A stretch of 64,000 bases of DNA from assembly GCA_020444475.1 (NCBI GenBank), contig JAHLKV010000004.1, positions 6,494 to 70,493 of the forward strand, given 5' to 3'. Under the pieces are notes generated by a model. That model saw only the letters and a list, made by a program, of their open reading frames with translations, was not told the origin of the DNA and ran no database searches. The first letter of the stretch is position 1; every line of letters begins with the position of its first letter. The translations under genes and the position numbers were made by a program. Below are positions 38,001 through 48,227 of this stretch, piece by piece. The stretch is from a bacterium (GTDB lineage: Bacteria; Zixibacteria; MSB-5A5; GN15; FEB-12).

Positions 38001-38254
38001 GGTGGCCGCTCGAAGGGGGAGAACCAAATGCTCTGGACTATATACGGGATCGAAAGGTCGACCTGGTCATTAATATCCCGAAAGACTACCGCAAGGAAGA
38101 GCTGACCAACGATTATATGATTCGACGGGCCGCAGTTGATTACGGCGTACCCCTGATCACGAACCTTCAACTCGCACAGCGTTTCGCTGAAGCCGTCTAC
38201 CGGGTGCCGATCGAGGGCCTGGTCGCGAGGAGCTGGTCTCACTACGGCGCGTGA
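35039..38254 (+). CDS. carB: Carbamoyl-phosphate synthase large subunit
   Basis: 1071 aa. ATGA overlap with carA. Duplicated ATP-grasp halves (EFDYSGSQA..., RLSRSSALASKATGYPLA, second half SVEFDWCCV...) and a C-terminal MGS-like domain. Confidence 0.97.
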   Translation: MSGTHGNGHSLPDTVLVLGSSALKIGEAGEFDYSGSQAIKALKEEGIRTILINPNVATIQTSENFADEVYFTPVTPYFVEKVIEEEKPDAVLLGFGGQTALNCGVELYRQGVFERHGVKVLGAPIESILDTEDRERFVGRLSEINVATARSVPTKSVDEALAAASKIGYPVMARVAYALGGLGSGICRDEAALRELARRAFAHTEQVLIEEYLEGWKEIEYEVVRDSSDNCITVCNMENLDPMGIHTGESIVVAPSQTLTDDEYQMLREIAIRVVRHLGIVGECNIQYALSPHEREYRVIEINARLSRSSALASKATGYPLAFVAAKLALGRPLTEISNSVTQVTRACFEPALDYIVVKAPRWDLKKFEGVSERIGSAMKSVGEVMAIGRKFEEALQKALRMLETGARGVVLNDGITFNDLRTSLAEPTEWRIFAVAEALKTGMSVDEIHEITHINTWFLDKIAAIVEIEQQLREVGAGELDRELLLKAKRHGFSDAQVGVAIDRNEDFVRGKRREMDLRPVVKQIDTLAAEYPAQTNYLYLTYNGSDDDVSFGQEGSVMILGPGAYRIGSSVEFDWCCVNAARTLRELGYRTLMVNYNPETVSTDYDECDRLYFDELSFETVADIYEMERPMGMLLSVGGQIPNSLAMRCYRAGMRVLGTSPRDIDRAENRHTFSSLLEELKLPQPDWRELTSMDDIYSFAKDVGYPVIIRPSYVLSGAAMAVAGTDEELKTYLDKAAEISRDQPVVVSKFVEDAKEIDVDAVARDGELVCWAVSEHVENAGVHSGDATLVLPPQRTYLETMRRIRRVTNQVAESLSINGPFNIQFLAKLNQVMVIECNLRASRSFPFVSKVLKRNFIDTATRVIMGRPVDPSDQSFLDLDYVGVKAPHFSFSRLEGADPTLGVEMASTGEVACLGWDFDEAFLKALISVGFRLPLKRVLLSTGPIESKAAFMRGARNLEEMGVQFYATQGTADFMRTAGLEPEVLRWPLEGGEPNALDYIRDRKVDLVINIPKDYRKEELTNDYMIRRAAVDYGVPLITNLQLAQRFAEAVYRVPIEGLVARSWSHYGA

Positions 38255-38428
38255 CCGCACCTGTGAGTCCGATCGGTTCTCGACCGTATATCGCACGCAG
38301 TTCTCCCGATGGATGCTTCGTTTCCGTGTGAGACCTGACTCGGAGTCCGATGAAACGGGACGAAGAGACTCCCTAATCGAACGACACCGTTGTTTGTGAC
38401 TCCGATCGAGAGTCGGCAGGCACACTGA

Positions 38429-38740
38429 ATGACTAAGGACTTTGCGCGTATGGTCCGATCACTTCACTATGCGGCCGTATGCGACGGTGAAGTCACATGC
38501 GGCGGCTTTCGGAGGGATCGGCCTCAGTCGGGGGAGGTTGGGCCGCAGTCACGGTATGGGGGCGGGGTATTCCGGCGGGCTTATCTTGTGGCAGCTGGAG
38601 AGGTTGGGTTCTTTCAGACGAATCAAGCGGAACTCAAGGGGCAGTTTCAGACGTTTCTGTGGATGTACGCCGTGCAAGAACTCGGCAATGAATTGCATTC
38701 TCGCCCGAATTGGGCGATTGTTCCTTTAGATGGGATATGA
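38429..38740 (+). pseudogene. Remnant of a maltokinase (Mak/Pep2)-like C-terminal region
   Basis: 103-aa ORF. DFARMVRSLHYAA resembles the Mak motif DVAGMLRSFxYAA, and the C-terminus [24 protein letters not shown] resembles the Mak/TreS-Mak end (YE..YE...RP.W..IPL.G). There is an in-frame TGA immediately upstream, and the preceding 170 nt carry stops in the frames checked. Assignment is from memory of the family. Confidence 0.35.
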
Positions 38741-38790
38741 TATATAGCGGGGAGCACACTGTAGATGATGCGAATGTTCGGAGGATAAAC

Positions 38791-40776
38791 GTGCCACATC
38801 AGGCTCATCATAAGGCGGACAAAGCGCCGCGACGGACCCAGACGACAACCACCAAGAGTCCGAGTGTCATCTACGGCAAGGGCTCCTTGTCAGACTATGA
38901 CGTACACCTGTTCCGTGAAGGGAACTACTACAGGATATACGAGAAGCTCGGTGCTCATATGGCGACGGTCGATGGTGTCGCCGGTGTACATTTCGCTGTC
39001 TGGGCGCCGAATGCCGAGAAGGTATCGGTAGTCGGGGATTTTAACGGTTGGGATCCCCGGGCGCATCCACTGGCCGTGCGGTGGGACGGATCCGGCATCT
39101 GGGAGGGGTTCGTGCCGGGGATCGGCAAGGGAGAGATTTACAAATACCATGTTGTCTCGCGACATAACGGCTACCGGGCCGACAAGGGTGATCCGTTCGC
39201 GCACTACTGGGAGATATCTCCCCGGACCGCGTCACGCGTGTGGGATCTGGAGTATACATGGAACGACGGCGACTGGATGGCGAACCGGTATCGGCACAGT
39301 GATCTGGCCGCGCCCCAGTCAATCTACGAAGTTCATCTCGGGTCGTGGCGCCGGAATGCCGAAGAAGGCAATCGTTATCTGACCTACCGGGAGATGGCGC
39401 CGCAGTTGGCCGAGTATGTGAATGAGATGGGCTTCACCCATGTCGAGTTTTTACCGGTCATGGAGCACCCGTTTTACGGATCGTGGGGTTACCAGACCGG
39501 TGGGTATTTCGCCCCGACCAGTCGTTTTGGCACGCCGCAGGATTTTATGTATCTGGTGGATTATCTCCATCAGCATGGTATCGGCGTCATTCTGGACTGG
39601 GTGCCGTCGCACTTCCCGTCCGATTTGCACGGATTGAGCTATTTCGACGGTACGCACCTGTTCGAGCATGCTGATCCGCGGCAGGGCTTTCATCCTGACT
39701 GGAAAAGCTACATCTTCAATTTCGGCCGTAATGAGATCCGCAATTTCCTGATCGGCAACGCCTTGTTCTGGCTGGAGAAGTACCATATCGACGGCCTTCG
39801 GGTCGACGCAGTGGCTTCGATGCTCTACCTCGACTACTCTCGCCAGGACGGTGAGTGGATCCCCAACCGTTATGGGGGACGCGAGAATATCGATGCGATA
39901 GAATTCCTTAAGCGCTTCAATGAGGTCGTTTACAAGGAGTATCCCGATGTGCAGACGATGGCTGAGGAATCAACGGCGTGGCCGATGGTGTCGCGGCCGA
40001 TCTATCTCGGCGGACTGGGATTCGGGCAGAAATGGAATATGGGCTGGATGCATGACACACTGTCCTATTTCGCGCACGACCCGGTGCATCGGAGCTTTCA
40101 CCACAATGAGCTGACGTTCAGCATCTGGTATGCTTTTTTCGAGAATTTCGTCCTGCCGTTATCACACGATGAAGTGGTACACGGCAAAGGCTCGCTCATG
40201 AACAAGATGCCGGGTGATGAATGGCAGCAGGCGGCGAATCTTCGCCTGCTTTTCGGCTACATGTTTACCCACCCCGGCAAGAAGCTGCTGTTTATGGGAT
40301 GCGAATTCGGTCAGCGGTCGGAATGGTCGCACGACCATTCGCTTGACTGGCATGTCTTGCAGTATCCGGTGCACCAGGGAGTGAAGGACTTCGTCCGCGA
40401 TGTCAACCGGCTCTATCGTACGGAGCCGGCGCTGCACCAGCGAGATTACGAACAGAGCGGCTTCCAGTGGGTGGACTGCAACGACTGGCAGCAAAGTGTG
40501 ATCTCATACTTGCGTCGTGGACATCGCGACGGCGATGTTCTGCTGGTCGTCTGTAATTTGACCCCGGTGCCGCGCCTGGACTACCGGATCGGTGTGCCGC
40601 ACGGCGGATTCTGGCAGGAGGTACTCAACTCCGACGCCGAGGCGTACTGGGGCTCCGGACAGGGGAATATGGGTGGTGTTGAAGCCTCACCGGTCGCACT
40701 GCACGGCTTCTCTCACTCGCTCTCGCTGGTTCTGCCGCCGCTGGGGGTGGTCGTGCTAAAGCCGAAAGTGGACTGA
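38791..40776 (+). CDS. glgB: 1,4-alpha-glucan branching enzyme (GH13_9)
   Basis: [54 protein letters not shown] 38791 has GGAGG 6 nt upstream; alternatives are ATG 38737 and TTG 38710 (ORF track). Confidence 0.93.
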   Translation: MPHQAHHKADKAPRRTQTTTTKSPSVIYGKGSLSDYDVHLFREGNYYRIYEKLGAHMATVDGVAGVHFAVWAPNAEKVSVVGDFNGWDPRAHPLAVRWDGSGIWEGFVPGIGKGEIYKYHVVSRHNGYRADKGDPFAHYWEISPRTASRVWDLEYTWNDGDWMANRYRHSDLAAPQSIYEVHLGSWRRNAEEGNRYLTYREMAPQLAEYVNEMGFTHVEFLPVMEHPFYGSWGYQTGGYFAPTSRFGTPQDFMYLVDYLHQHGIGVILDWVPSHFPSDLHGLSYFDGTHLFEHADPRQGFHPDWKSYIFNFGRNEIRNFLIGNALFWLEKYHIDGLRVDAVASMLYLDYSRQDGEWIPNRYGGRENIDAIEFLKRFNEVVYKEYPDVQTMAEESTAWPMVSRPIYLGGLGFGQKWNMGWMHDTLSYFAHDPVHRSFHHNELTFSIWYAFFENFVLPLSHDEVVHGKGSLMNKMPGDEWQQAANLRLLFGYMFTHPGKKLLFMGCEFGQRSEWSHDHSLDWHVLQYPVHQGVKDFVRDVNRLYRTEPALHQRDYEQSGFQWVDCNDWQQSVISYLRRGHRDGDVLLVVCNLTPVPRLDYRIGVPHGGFWQEVLNSDAEAYWGSGQGNMGGVEASPVALHGFSHSLSLVLPPLGVVVLKPKVD

Positions 40777-40922
40777 TACAGGATGTATTGAGTGGCACAA
40801 AGGGTGGACATCGTTGACGTCTGCCGATAAGAGAAGTAGAGATAACTTGACATCAAAGCAGGCTGTACGCGCCGGTCGCGGGGAGCCTGTATGGAACCTA
40901 CGGTAACAAAGAGCAGGATGCT

Positions 40923-41126
40923 ATGAAAGAGATGATCGGAATGGCCGCCGGGAAGATCTGGGAGGCCCTTTCGCAGAAGGATTCAGCGACACTCTCGCAG
41001 ATTCCCAAGCTAATCGGTGAAAAAGACTCACTGGCCTATCAGGCGCTCGGCTGGCTTGCCCGCGAAGGCAAGATCGAATACCTGACGCAGGGCAACAAGA
41101 CGTTGGTGTCGATCAACAAAGAGTAG
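40923..41126 (+). CDS. Small winged-helix protein (DUF2582-like)
   Basis: 67 aa. AAGKIWEALSQKDSATLSQIPKLIGEKDSLAYQALGWLAREGKIEY matches my recollection of DUF2582. Confidence 0.65.
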   Translation: MKEMIGMAAGKIWEALSQKDSATLSQIPKLIGEKDSLAYQALGWLAREGKIEYLTQGNKTLVSINKE

Positions 41127-41161
41127 GCGCTCTGAACTCGCCAGGGGACAGCATCGCGCAC

Positions 41162-43003
41162 TTGCGGGGACAGGACAGGCCAATCGGCGCCCGTGTTTCG
41201 GGCGAAGGGGTGGAGTTTGTCGTCTGGGCGCCCACACGTGACACGGTGGAGCTGAACCTTCGCACACCGCGCGAGGAGATGGTGTCGATGGAGCGCGACC
41301 AGTCGGGGTATTGGTCGGCGAGGGTGGACGGTATCGGCGCGGGCGCCACATATCTCTATCGGCTCGATGGCTCAGAGAGTCGCCCCGATCCGGCTTCGGC
41401 GTTCCAGCCCGAGGGCGTCCACGGGGTCTCGCAGGTGGTGGACCACCAGTCGTTCGAGTGGCGCGACTCGGATTGGCAGGGGATGCCGTTGTCGGAGATG
41501 ATCCAGTATGAACTTCATGTCGGCACGTTTTCTCCCACACAAACCTTTGACGGTGTAGCTCAGCGTATACACAATCTCAAGCAGCTCGGCGTTACGGCAT
41601 TGGCGATCATGCCGGTGGCGCAGTTTCCCGGTTCTCGCAACTGGGGCTACGACGGCACATATCCCTTTGCAGTACAAGATTCTTACGGCGGCCCCGAGGG
41701 ACTGAAACGCCTGGTGAATGCCTGCCATGAAGCGGGTATGGCGGTCGTACTCGATGTGGTATACAACCATCTCGGTCCCGAAGGAAACTACCTGGGCAGA
41801 TTCGCGCCGTACTTCACCAACAAGTATCGCACGCCGTGGGGGGAAGCGGTCAATTTCGATGATGCCTTTTCGTTCGGCGTACGAAACTACTTCGTGCAAA
41901 ATGCCCGGCACTGGTTCGAGCACTACCATATCGATGCCCTTCGCCTGGATGCTATCCACGGCATTTATGACTTCTCCGCGAAGCACATCCTTGAAGAACT
42001 GGTCGAGGCCGCGAGTGTATCATCGCAGATGACCGGTCGTGAGTGTTTACTTATCGCGGAAAGCGACTTGAACAACGCCCGGATCATTCTCGATCGGAAC
42101 TCAGGAGGATTCGGCGTGCACGCGCAGTGGTCCGATGACTTTCACCACAGCGTTCACACTCTCCTGACCGGTGAACAGGACGGCTACTACGCCGATTTCG
42201 GCAGGATGGACGACCTGGTGAAAGCGATCCGCGAAGGATTCGTTTATGACTGGCGATTCTCGAACTACCGTCGGAGGATCCACGGCAGTTCCTCGAAAGA
42301 CATCCCGGCCGAGCGCTTGGTCATCTCCCTGCAGACGCACGATCAGGTCGGTAATCGCATGAAAGGGGAGCGGCTCTCGCACCTGGTCTCGTTCGAGGCT
42401 GTCAAGGCGGCTGCAGCGGTGATGATCCTGTCGCCGTATGTGCCGATGCTTTTCATGGGGGAGGAGTACGCGGAGTCGAATCCATTCTACTACTTCGTCA
42501 GCCACAGCGACAAGGATCTGATCGAGGCGGTGCGCAGAGGGCGCCGGGAAGAGTTCGAGTCGTTCGGATGGGACGAAGAACTGCCCGACGCACAGGCTGA
42601 AGAGACGTTTACATCGTCGTGTCTGTCATGGGAATCTCAGGAGAACGGCACGCACAAGACCATGCGGGACTTTTATCGCCAGCTGATCATCTATCGGAAG
42701 ACCCTGCCATCACTGCGAACACCTGACAAACGACAGTGTGAGGTGTGGGGCGAAGACTCCGGTGTGCTCGGGATGCATCGGTGGTCCGACGGTCATGCGG
42801 TGCTGTGTCTGTTCAATCTGAGCGGCGAACGACAAAGATATACGAACAAGACTTGCCGTACGAGCGCACGAAAACTGCTCGACTCATCTATGGAATTCTG
42901 GAGCGGTCCCGGCGGATGTGCACTTGATCGATTGGAACCGGATTCCGTGATCACGCTCCCGCCGTATGGCTGTGTCATCTATGAATGGAAGAAACACCAA
43001 TGA
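41162..43003 (+). CDS. treZ: Malto-oligosyltrehalose trehalohydrolase (GH13_10)
   Basis: 613 aa with a TTG start. VEFVVWAP, YELHVGTFSP, AVVLDVVYNHLGPEGN, IDALRLDAIH, LIAESDLN, LQTHDQVGNR. Confidence 0.9.
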   Translation: MRGQDRPIGARVSGEGVEFVVWAPTRDTVELNLRTPREEMVSMERDQSGYWSARVDGIGAGATYLYRLDGSESRPDPASAFQPEGVHGVSQVVDHQSFEWRDSDWQGMPLSEMIQYELHVGTFSPTQTFDGVAQRIHNLKQLGVTALAIMPVAQFPGSRNWGYDGTYPFAVQDSYGGPEGLKRLVNACHEAGMAVVLDVVYNHLGPEGNYLGRFAPYFTNKYRTPWGEAVNFDDAFSFGVRNYFVQNARHWFEHYHIDALRLDAIHGIYDFSAKHILEELVEAASVSSQMTGRECLLIAESDLNNARIILDRNSGGFGVHAQWSDDFHHSVHTLLTGEQDGYYADFGRMDDLVKAIREGFVYDWRFSNYRRRIHGSSSKDIPAERLVISLQTHDQVGNRMKGERLSHLVSFEAVKAAAAVMILSPYVPMLFMGEEYAESNPFYYFVSHSDKDLIEAVRRGRREEFESFGWDEELPDAQAEETFTSSCLSWESQENGTHKTMRDFYRQLIIYRKTLPSLRTPDKRQCEVWGEDSGVLGMHRWSDGHAVLCLFNLSGERQRYTNKTCRTSARKLLDSSMEFWSGPGGCALDRLEPDSVITLPPYGCVIYEWKKHQ

Positions 43004-45426
43004 ACCGTCACATCACCATACACGGTCACTTCTATCAGCCGCCGCGCGAGAATCCGTGGCTCGAAGAAGTCGAACTGCAGGACTCGGCCCATCCGTATCA
43101 CGACTGGAACAGCCGGATCACCGCCGAGTGCTACGAGCCGAACACCGCCTCGCGGATACTCGACAACGAGCGGCGGATTATCGATATCGTAAACAACTAC
43201 TCGAAGATCAGTTTCAATTTCGGCCCGACGCTGCTGTCGTGGATGCAGCGACACGATCCCGAGACATACGGCGCCATACTCGAAGCGGACCGGGAGAGTC
43301 GGGACCGTTTCTCCGGACACGGCTCCGCCATCGCGCAGAGCTACAACCACATAATCATGCCGCTCGCCAACAGCCGGGACAAACGGACGCAGGTGATCTG
43401 GGGTATTCGCGATTTCGAGCATCGCTTCGGGCGCAAGCCGGAAGGGATGTGGCTATCCGAGACGGCGGTCGATCTCGAGACACTCGATCTCCTTGCCGAG
43501 TACGGCGTGTTGTTTACCATACTGGCGCCGCATCAGGCCGGCAAGATCAGAAAGATCGGTGACAAAGAATGGATCGATGTGGCCGGGGGGAAAGTCGATC
43601 CCAAAATGCCTTATCGGTGTACGCTGCCTTCGGGTCGGACCATTGCGCTGTTTTTCTATGACGGCCCGATTTCGCAGGATATCGCTTTTCAGGGACTGCT
43701 CTCCAGTGGTGAACATCTGGCCAACCGTCTGGTGTCCGCGTTCGTCGACAACGGCAACGGCGACCAGTTGGTGCATATCGCGACCGATGGCGAGACGTAC
43801 GGTCATCATCACCGCTACGGTGACATGGCGCTGGCCTTCTGTCTTTATCATCTCGAGGCGGCCGATCTGGCGCACATCACGGTGTACGGCGAGCATCTGG
43901 AAGAGCATCCGCCGGAATATGAGGCGACAATCATCGAAGACTCTTCCTGGAGTTGTGCGCATGGAGTGGAGCGATGGCGCAACGATTGCGGCTGCTGCAC
44001 CGGCGGGCATCCCGGTTGGCGCCAGCACTGGCGGGCGCCGCTTCGCGGCGCGCTGGACTGGCTTCGTGACAATCTGGCTCAGGTATACGAAGAGAACATG
44101 GCGGGGCTCGCGGACGATCCGTGGCGGGCGCGCGACGACTATATCGACGTCATCCTGAACCGTTCCGACAAGGCTATCGACTCATTCCTTGCGACCCACG
44201 CCGGCAGGACGTTGTCCGACGGTGATGCGCGTAGGGCGCTCGAACTTCTGGAAATGCAGCGCCACGCGATGTTGATGTACACCAGCTGCGGTTGGTTTTT
44301 CGACGAGTTGTCGGGAATCGAAACCGTCCAGATCATTCAGTACGCAGCTCGCGCCATGCAGTTGGCCCAGGCCGTGAGCGGAATCGATCTCGAAGAGGCT
44401 TTTATCGGTCTGCTCGAGCGCGCGCCGGGCAATGTCCCGGCCTATAAGAACGGGGCGGAGATCTACCGCCTGTTCGTCAAACCGACAATCCTGGACCTTC
44501 GTCGTGTGGCCGTCCACTATGCGGTTTCATCGCTCTTCAAGGAGCATGAGGAAGACGATCATCTGTACACGTATACGCTCGAAGGGAAAACGTACGACCG
44601 TCAGGAGGTCGGCCGTCAGAAACTGGCCGTTGGCCGGGTGAGTGTACGGTCCGATATCACCCGTGAAGAAGAGACGATCAGTTTTGCGGCGTTGCACCTG
44701 GGAGACCACAACATTGTCGGCGGCGCCAAGGCTTACACCGATGAGGCTTCGCACGAGGCAATGCGGGCGGAGATATCCGACGCTTTCGGCCGAAGCGCGA
44801 TCTCGGAGACGATTCGTCTGATCGACAAGCACTTTACCGATCATTCGTATTCGCTCTGGCATCTCTTTCGCGATGAACAGCGGGCGATTCTCGACCTGCT
44901 GCTCGACGAGAGCCTTCGAGAGGTGGAAACGTCGATTACGCAGATTTATGAGCGCCAATACCCGGTGATGAAGGCGATCGAAGGAATGCGCATGACGCTC
45001 CCGCGGTATTTCTCCATGGTGCTGGAGTTTGTCCTGAACAAAGACATCCGTACGGCGCTGGAGCGTGAGGAGATCGACGTGGACGAGTTGAACGAACTGG
45101 TCGTGAAAGCGCGTCGCTGGCCGGTGCAGATCGATAAGCCAACCCTGAATTTCATCGCGTCGCGGCGCCTCAACGATCTGACCCGGATGTGGTCTGAGTA
45201 CAAAAACGATACCGAGCCGCTGGAAACGCTGACCGGCGCGCTCAAAGCATTTTCGGGATTGTCCCTGGAGCCGGATATCTGGAAGGCGCAGATAGTCTAC
45301 TTCCGGATAGGCAAGCAGCTGATTGCCGAGAGACGAGCCGAAGCCGAGTCCGGAGACGACTCCGCCCGGCGGTGGGTCAGGCTGTTCGAAGAGGTAGGGG
45401 ACTTCCTTCGTGTCAGGGTAGACTGA
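43000..45426 (+). CDS. Glycoside hydrolase family 57 protein with long C-terminal extension (DUF3536-like)
   Basis: ITIHGHFYQPPRENPW and ATDGETYGHHH are GH57 hallmarks. ATG 43000 overlaps the treZ stop (ATGA); ATG 42985 is an alternative. Confidence 0.85.
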   Translation: MNRHITIHGHFYQPPRENPWLEEVELQDSAHPYHDWNSRITAECYEPNTASRILDNERRIIDIVNNYSKISFNFGPTLLSWMQRHDPETYGAILEADRESRDRFSGHGSAIAQSYNHIIMPLANSRDKRTQVIWGIRDFEHRFGRKPEGMWLSETAVDLETLDLLAEYGVLFTILAPHQAGKIRKIGDKEWIDVAGGKVDPKMPYRCTLPSGRTIALFFYDGPISQDIAFQGLLSSGEHLANRLVSAFVDNGNGDQLVHIATDGETYGHHHRYGDMALAFCLYHLEAADLAHITVYGEHLEEHPPEYEATIIEDSSWSCAHGVERWRNDCGCCTGGHPGWRQHWRAPLRGALDWLRDNLAQVYEENMAGLADDPWRARDDYIDVILNRSDKAIDSFLATHAGRTLSDGDARRALELLEMQRHAMLMYTSCGWFFDELSGIETVQIIQYAARAMQLAQAVSGIDLEEAFIGLLERAPGNVPAYKNGAEIYRLFVKPTILDLRRVAVHYAVSSLFKEHEEDDHLYTYTLEGKTYDRQEVGRQKLAVGRVSVRSDITREEETISFAALHLGDHNIVGGAKAYTDEASHEAMRAEISDAFGRSAISETIRLIDKHFTDHSYSLWHLFRDEQRAILDLLLDESLREVETSITQIYERQYPVMKAIEGMRMTLPRYFSMVLEFVLNKDIRTALEREEIDVDELNELVVKARRWPVQIDKPTLNFIASRRLNDLTRMWSEYKNDTEPLETLTGALKAFSGLSLEPDIWKAQIVYFRIGKQLIAERRAEAESGDDSARRWVRLFEEVGDFLRVRVD

Positions 45427-48227
45427 TGCGCATTCCGGTCGCAACATACCGGCTTCAATTCGGTCCGCAGTTCGGGTTCCGTGATGCCGCCGCAGTCGTG
45501 CCGTATCTGGCGCGGTTGGGAGTGACGGATATCTATGCATCGCCGGTCTTCAAGGCCCGTTCGGGAAGCGCGCATGGATACGACGTCGTCGACCCCCGCG
45601 AACTAAACCCGGAGTTGGGCAGCACCGACGATTTCGAGCAGCTCCACGCTGTTCTCAAGCGCGAAGGGATTGGGTGGGTGCAGGATATCGTGCCCAACCA
45701 TATGGCGATCGACTCCGAGAACGCCATGCTGACCGATGTACTCGAATTGGGAAAGGCATCGCGATACTTCAACTTCTTCGACATCGACTGGGATCACCCC
45801 TTCGAGAATATGCGCGGTCGGCTCCTGGTGCCGCTGCTGGGCAGATTTTACTCGGAATGTCTGGCGGCTCGCGAGATACGACTGTCGTACGGCGAGAGCG
45901 GCCTCTCGGTTTCGTACTACCAGCTTCGTTTGCCGATCAGGATCGGGTCCTACCTGAAGGTACTGGAACATGATATCGAATCGCTGGAGCTTGCCCTCGG
46001 CGGCGCCAGCCCGGAGTTCATCAAGTACCTCGGCTGTTTGCAGTTCATCAAGGCACTGTCCGACGGCAGCGGTAGCGGCTCCGTCTACAAACAGATGAGA
46101 CACGCCAAGCGGTCGCTGTGGCAGGTATACCAGGAGTCACCCGACGTTCGCACGCATCTCGACGGAGTCGTGTCGTACCTCAACGGCGATACCGGCGATA
46201 AGTCAGGGCTGGACAAGCTCGACTCGCTGCTGTCGGAGCAGCTCTTTCGACTGGCTTTTTGGCGGGTGGCCAACGAAGAGATCAACTATCGGCGGTTCTT
46301 TACCGTAAACGACCTGATCTCTCTCCGCATGGAGCGCGAGGAAGTCTTCGAGGAGACGCACGCGCTGGTATTCGACCTGGTTGCGAGGGGCATCTTCAGC
46401 GGTCTTCGAGTCGATCATATCGACGGCTTGTATGACCCGACCGCCTATCTGGGACGGCTTCGTGACAGAATCGGTGACGCCTACGTCGTCGTTGAGAAGA
46501 TTCTCGAAGGGGATGAGGAGTTGCCTCCGTTCTGGCCAGTCCAGGGCACGACCGGTTACGACGCGCTCAACGTCATCAACGGTGTTTTCTGCGATGAGCG
46601 CAACCGTGATGCCTTCAGCAAGCTGTACTACCGATTCGCCAAACTGGATCAGCCGTATGATGAGCTGCTGTACGACAAGATCAGCCTTATCATCAACAAG
46701 CATGTTTCCGGAAATATCGAGAACCTCGCACAATTTCTGAAGGCGATCTCCGGTCAGGACCGGTACGGACAGGACATCACGATGAACGGTCTTCGGCGGG
46801 CGCTGGTGAAAGTGATGGCCCACTTTCCGGTGTACCGGACCTACATGAGCGAAGGACGCTGCTCCGAGGCTGACCGTCGCTATGTGCGGGAAGCTATCGG
46901 CAAGGCGAGGGAGCGGTTTCCCGAACTGCTGCACGAACTGAACTTCATCGAGAAATTCCTCCTCCTTGAATTCGAGTCCAACACGTCCGAGGAAACGCGT
47001 CGGCAATGGCTCCATTTCGTCATGGGGTTCCAGCAGTATACGGGGCCGCTCATGGCGAAGGGATTCGAAGACACGGTGATGTACATCTACAATCGGTTGG
47101 TGTCTCTCAATGAAGTGGGAGGGAATCCCAATCGATTTGGTGGTTCGGTGCAGCAGTTTCACGGGTTCTTTCGGAAACAGTTGGATACCCTGCCGCACAG
47201 CATGTCGACCACCGCCACCCACGACACCAAGCGGGGTGAAGACACCCGGGCGCGAATAAACGTGCTGTCGGAAATCCCCGATGAGTGGGAGCGATCGCTC
47301 AAGCAGTTCGCGAAACTCAACCGGACACGCAAACGCCGTGTTCGCGGCCAGCCCGTTCCAGACCGCAACGATGAGTACTTTCTCTATCAGACGCTGCTCG
47401 GAGTCTGGCCAGCGGGTGATATCGATGCTTCTTTCGTGCAACGGATCAAAGAGTACAGCATCAAGGCAGTGCGTGAGGCGAAAGTGCACACGGCATGGAT
47501 CAAGCCGGACAGCGCGTACGAGGACGCGTTTCTCACCTTCATCGACAAGGTGCTTTCGATTGAACCGGGGAACGCCTTCGTGGAGGCTTTTCAGCCTCTG
47601 GCCCGTAAGGTTGCAGTCCTGGGAAAGTGGAACTCGCTCTCCCAGGTCGTGCTGAAAGCCACGCTGCCCGGCGTGCCCGATTTCTACCAGGGAACGGAGT
47701 TCCCCGATCTTACGCTGGTCGATCCGGACAATCGTCGTCCGGTGGATTATAACACCCGGAGGGCGGCGCTGGACAGCATCGCAACGCGATATGCGTCAGA
47801 CCGTTCGGGGTTCCTGGACGAGTTGTTGTCGAGTCAATCCGTCGACGCACTCAAGTTATTCGTCACCTGGCGGGCACTGCAGATCAGGCGCTCTCTCTCC
47901 GATCTCTATCAATATGGTGACTATGAGCCGCTGGAGATTCGCGGGGAACACGCCGAACGGGTGATCGCGTTCGCCCGGGAACACAACGGCACGTGGGGGG
48001 TGACGATCGCGGCGCGGTTGATGGCGCCGTTCGCGGATGAAGGTCGTGTACCGACGGGCAGTGAGGTCTGGAGCGATACGCAGGTTGTTCTTCCCGCCGG
48101 GGCGGGTGAGCGTTGGTACAGCGGAATCGACGGATCGCAATTGAACAGTGACAACGCGAGTCTGCCGCTTGGCCGGGTGTTCGCCACCCTGCCGGCAGCT
48201 ATCCTGACGAATGTGGAGGCGCAATGA
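45426..48227 (+). CDS. treY: Malto-oligosyltrehalose synthase (GH13_26)
   Basis: ATG 45426 shares one nt with the GH57 stop (TGATG). ATYRLQFGPQFGF...GVTDIYASPVFKARSGSAHGYDVVD, GLRVDHIDGL, TTATHDTKRGEDTRARI. Confidence 0.92.
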   Translation: MRIPVATYRLQFGPQFGFRDAAAVVPYLARLGVTDIYASPVFKARSGSAHGYDVVDPRELNPELGSTDDFEQLHAVLKREGIGWVQDIVPNHMAIDSENAMLTDVLELGKASRYFNFFDIDWDHPFENMRGRLLVPLLGRFYSECLAAREIRLSYGESGLSVSYYQLRLPIRIGSYLKVLEHDIESLELALGGASPEFIKYLGCLQFIKALSDGSGSGSVYKQMRHAKRSLWQVYQESPDVRTHLDGVVSYLNGDTGDKSGLDKLDSLLSEQLFRLAFWRVANEEINYRRFFTVNDLISLRMEREEVFEETHALVFDLVARGIFSGLRVDHIDGLYDPTAYLGRLRDRIGDAYVVVEKILEGDEELPPFWPVQGTTGYDALNVINGVFCDERNRDAFSKLYYRFAKLDQPYDELLYDKISLIINKHVSGNIENLAQFLKAISGQDRYGQDITMNGLRRALVKVMAHFPVYRTYMSEGRCSEADRRYVREAIGKARERFPELLHELNFIEKFLLLEFESNTSEETRRQWLHFVMGFQQYTGPLMAKGFEDTVMYIYNRLVSLNEVGGNPNRFGGSVQQFHGFFRKQLDTLPHSMSTTATHDTKRGEDTRARINVLSEIPDEWERSLKQFAKLNRTRKRRVRGQPVPDRNDEYFLYQTLLGVWPAGDIDASFVQRIKEYSIKAVREAKVHTAWIKPDSAYEDAFLTFIDKVLSIEPGNAFVEAFQPLARKVAVLGKWNSLSQVVLKATLPGVPDFYQGTEFPDLTLVDPDNRRPVDYNTRRAALDSIATRYASDRSGFLDELLSSQSVDALKLFVTWRALQIRRSLSDLYQYGDYEPLEIRGEHAERVIAFAREHNGTWGVTIAARLMAPFADEGRVPTGSEVWSDTQVVLPAGAGERWYSGIDGSQLNSDNASLPLGRVFATLPAAILTNVEAQ

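Noticed and set aside
35066-38425. 1119-aa ORF on the - strand, the longest ORF in the track
   Set aside because: It lies exactly antisense to carB, whose + strand product carries unmistakable CPS motifs along its whole length. The antisense translation is an R/P/G/H-rich, low-information sequence with no recognisable motif, the usual artefact of stop-poor antisense frames in GC-rich DNA.
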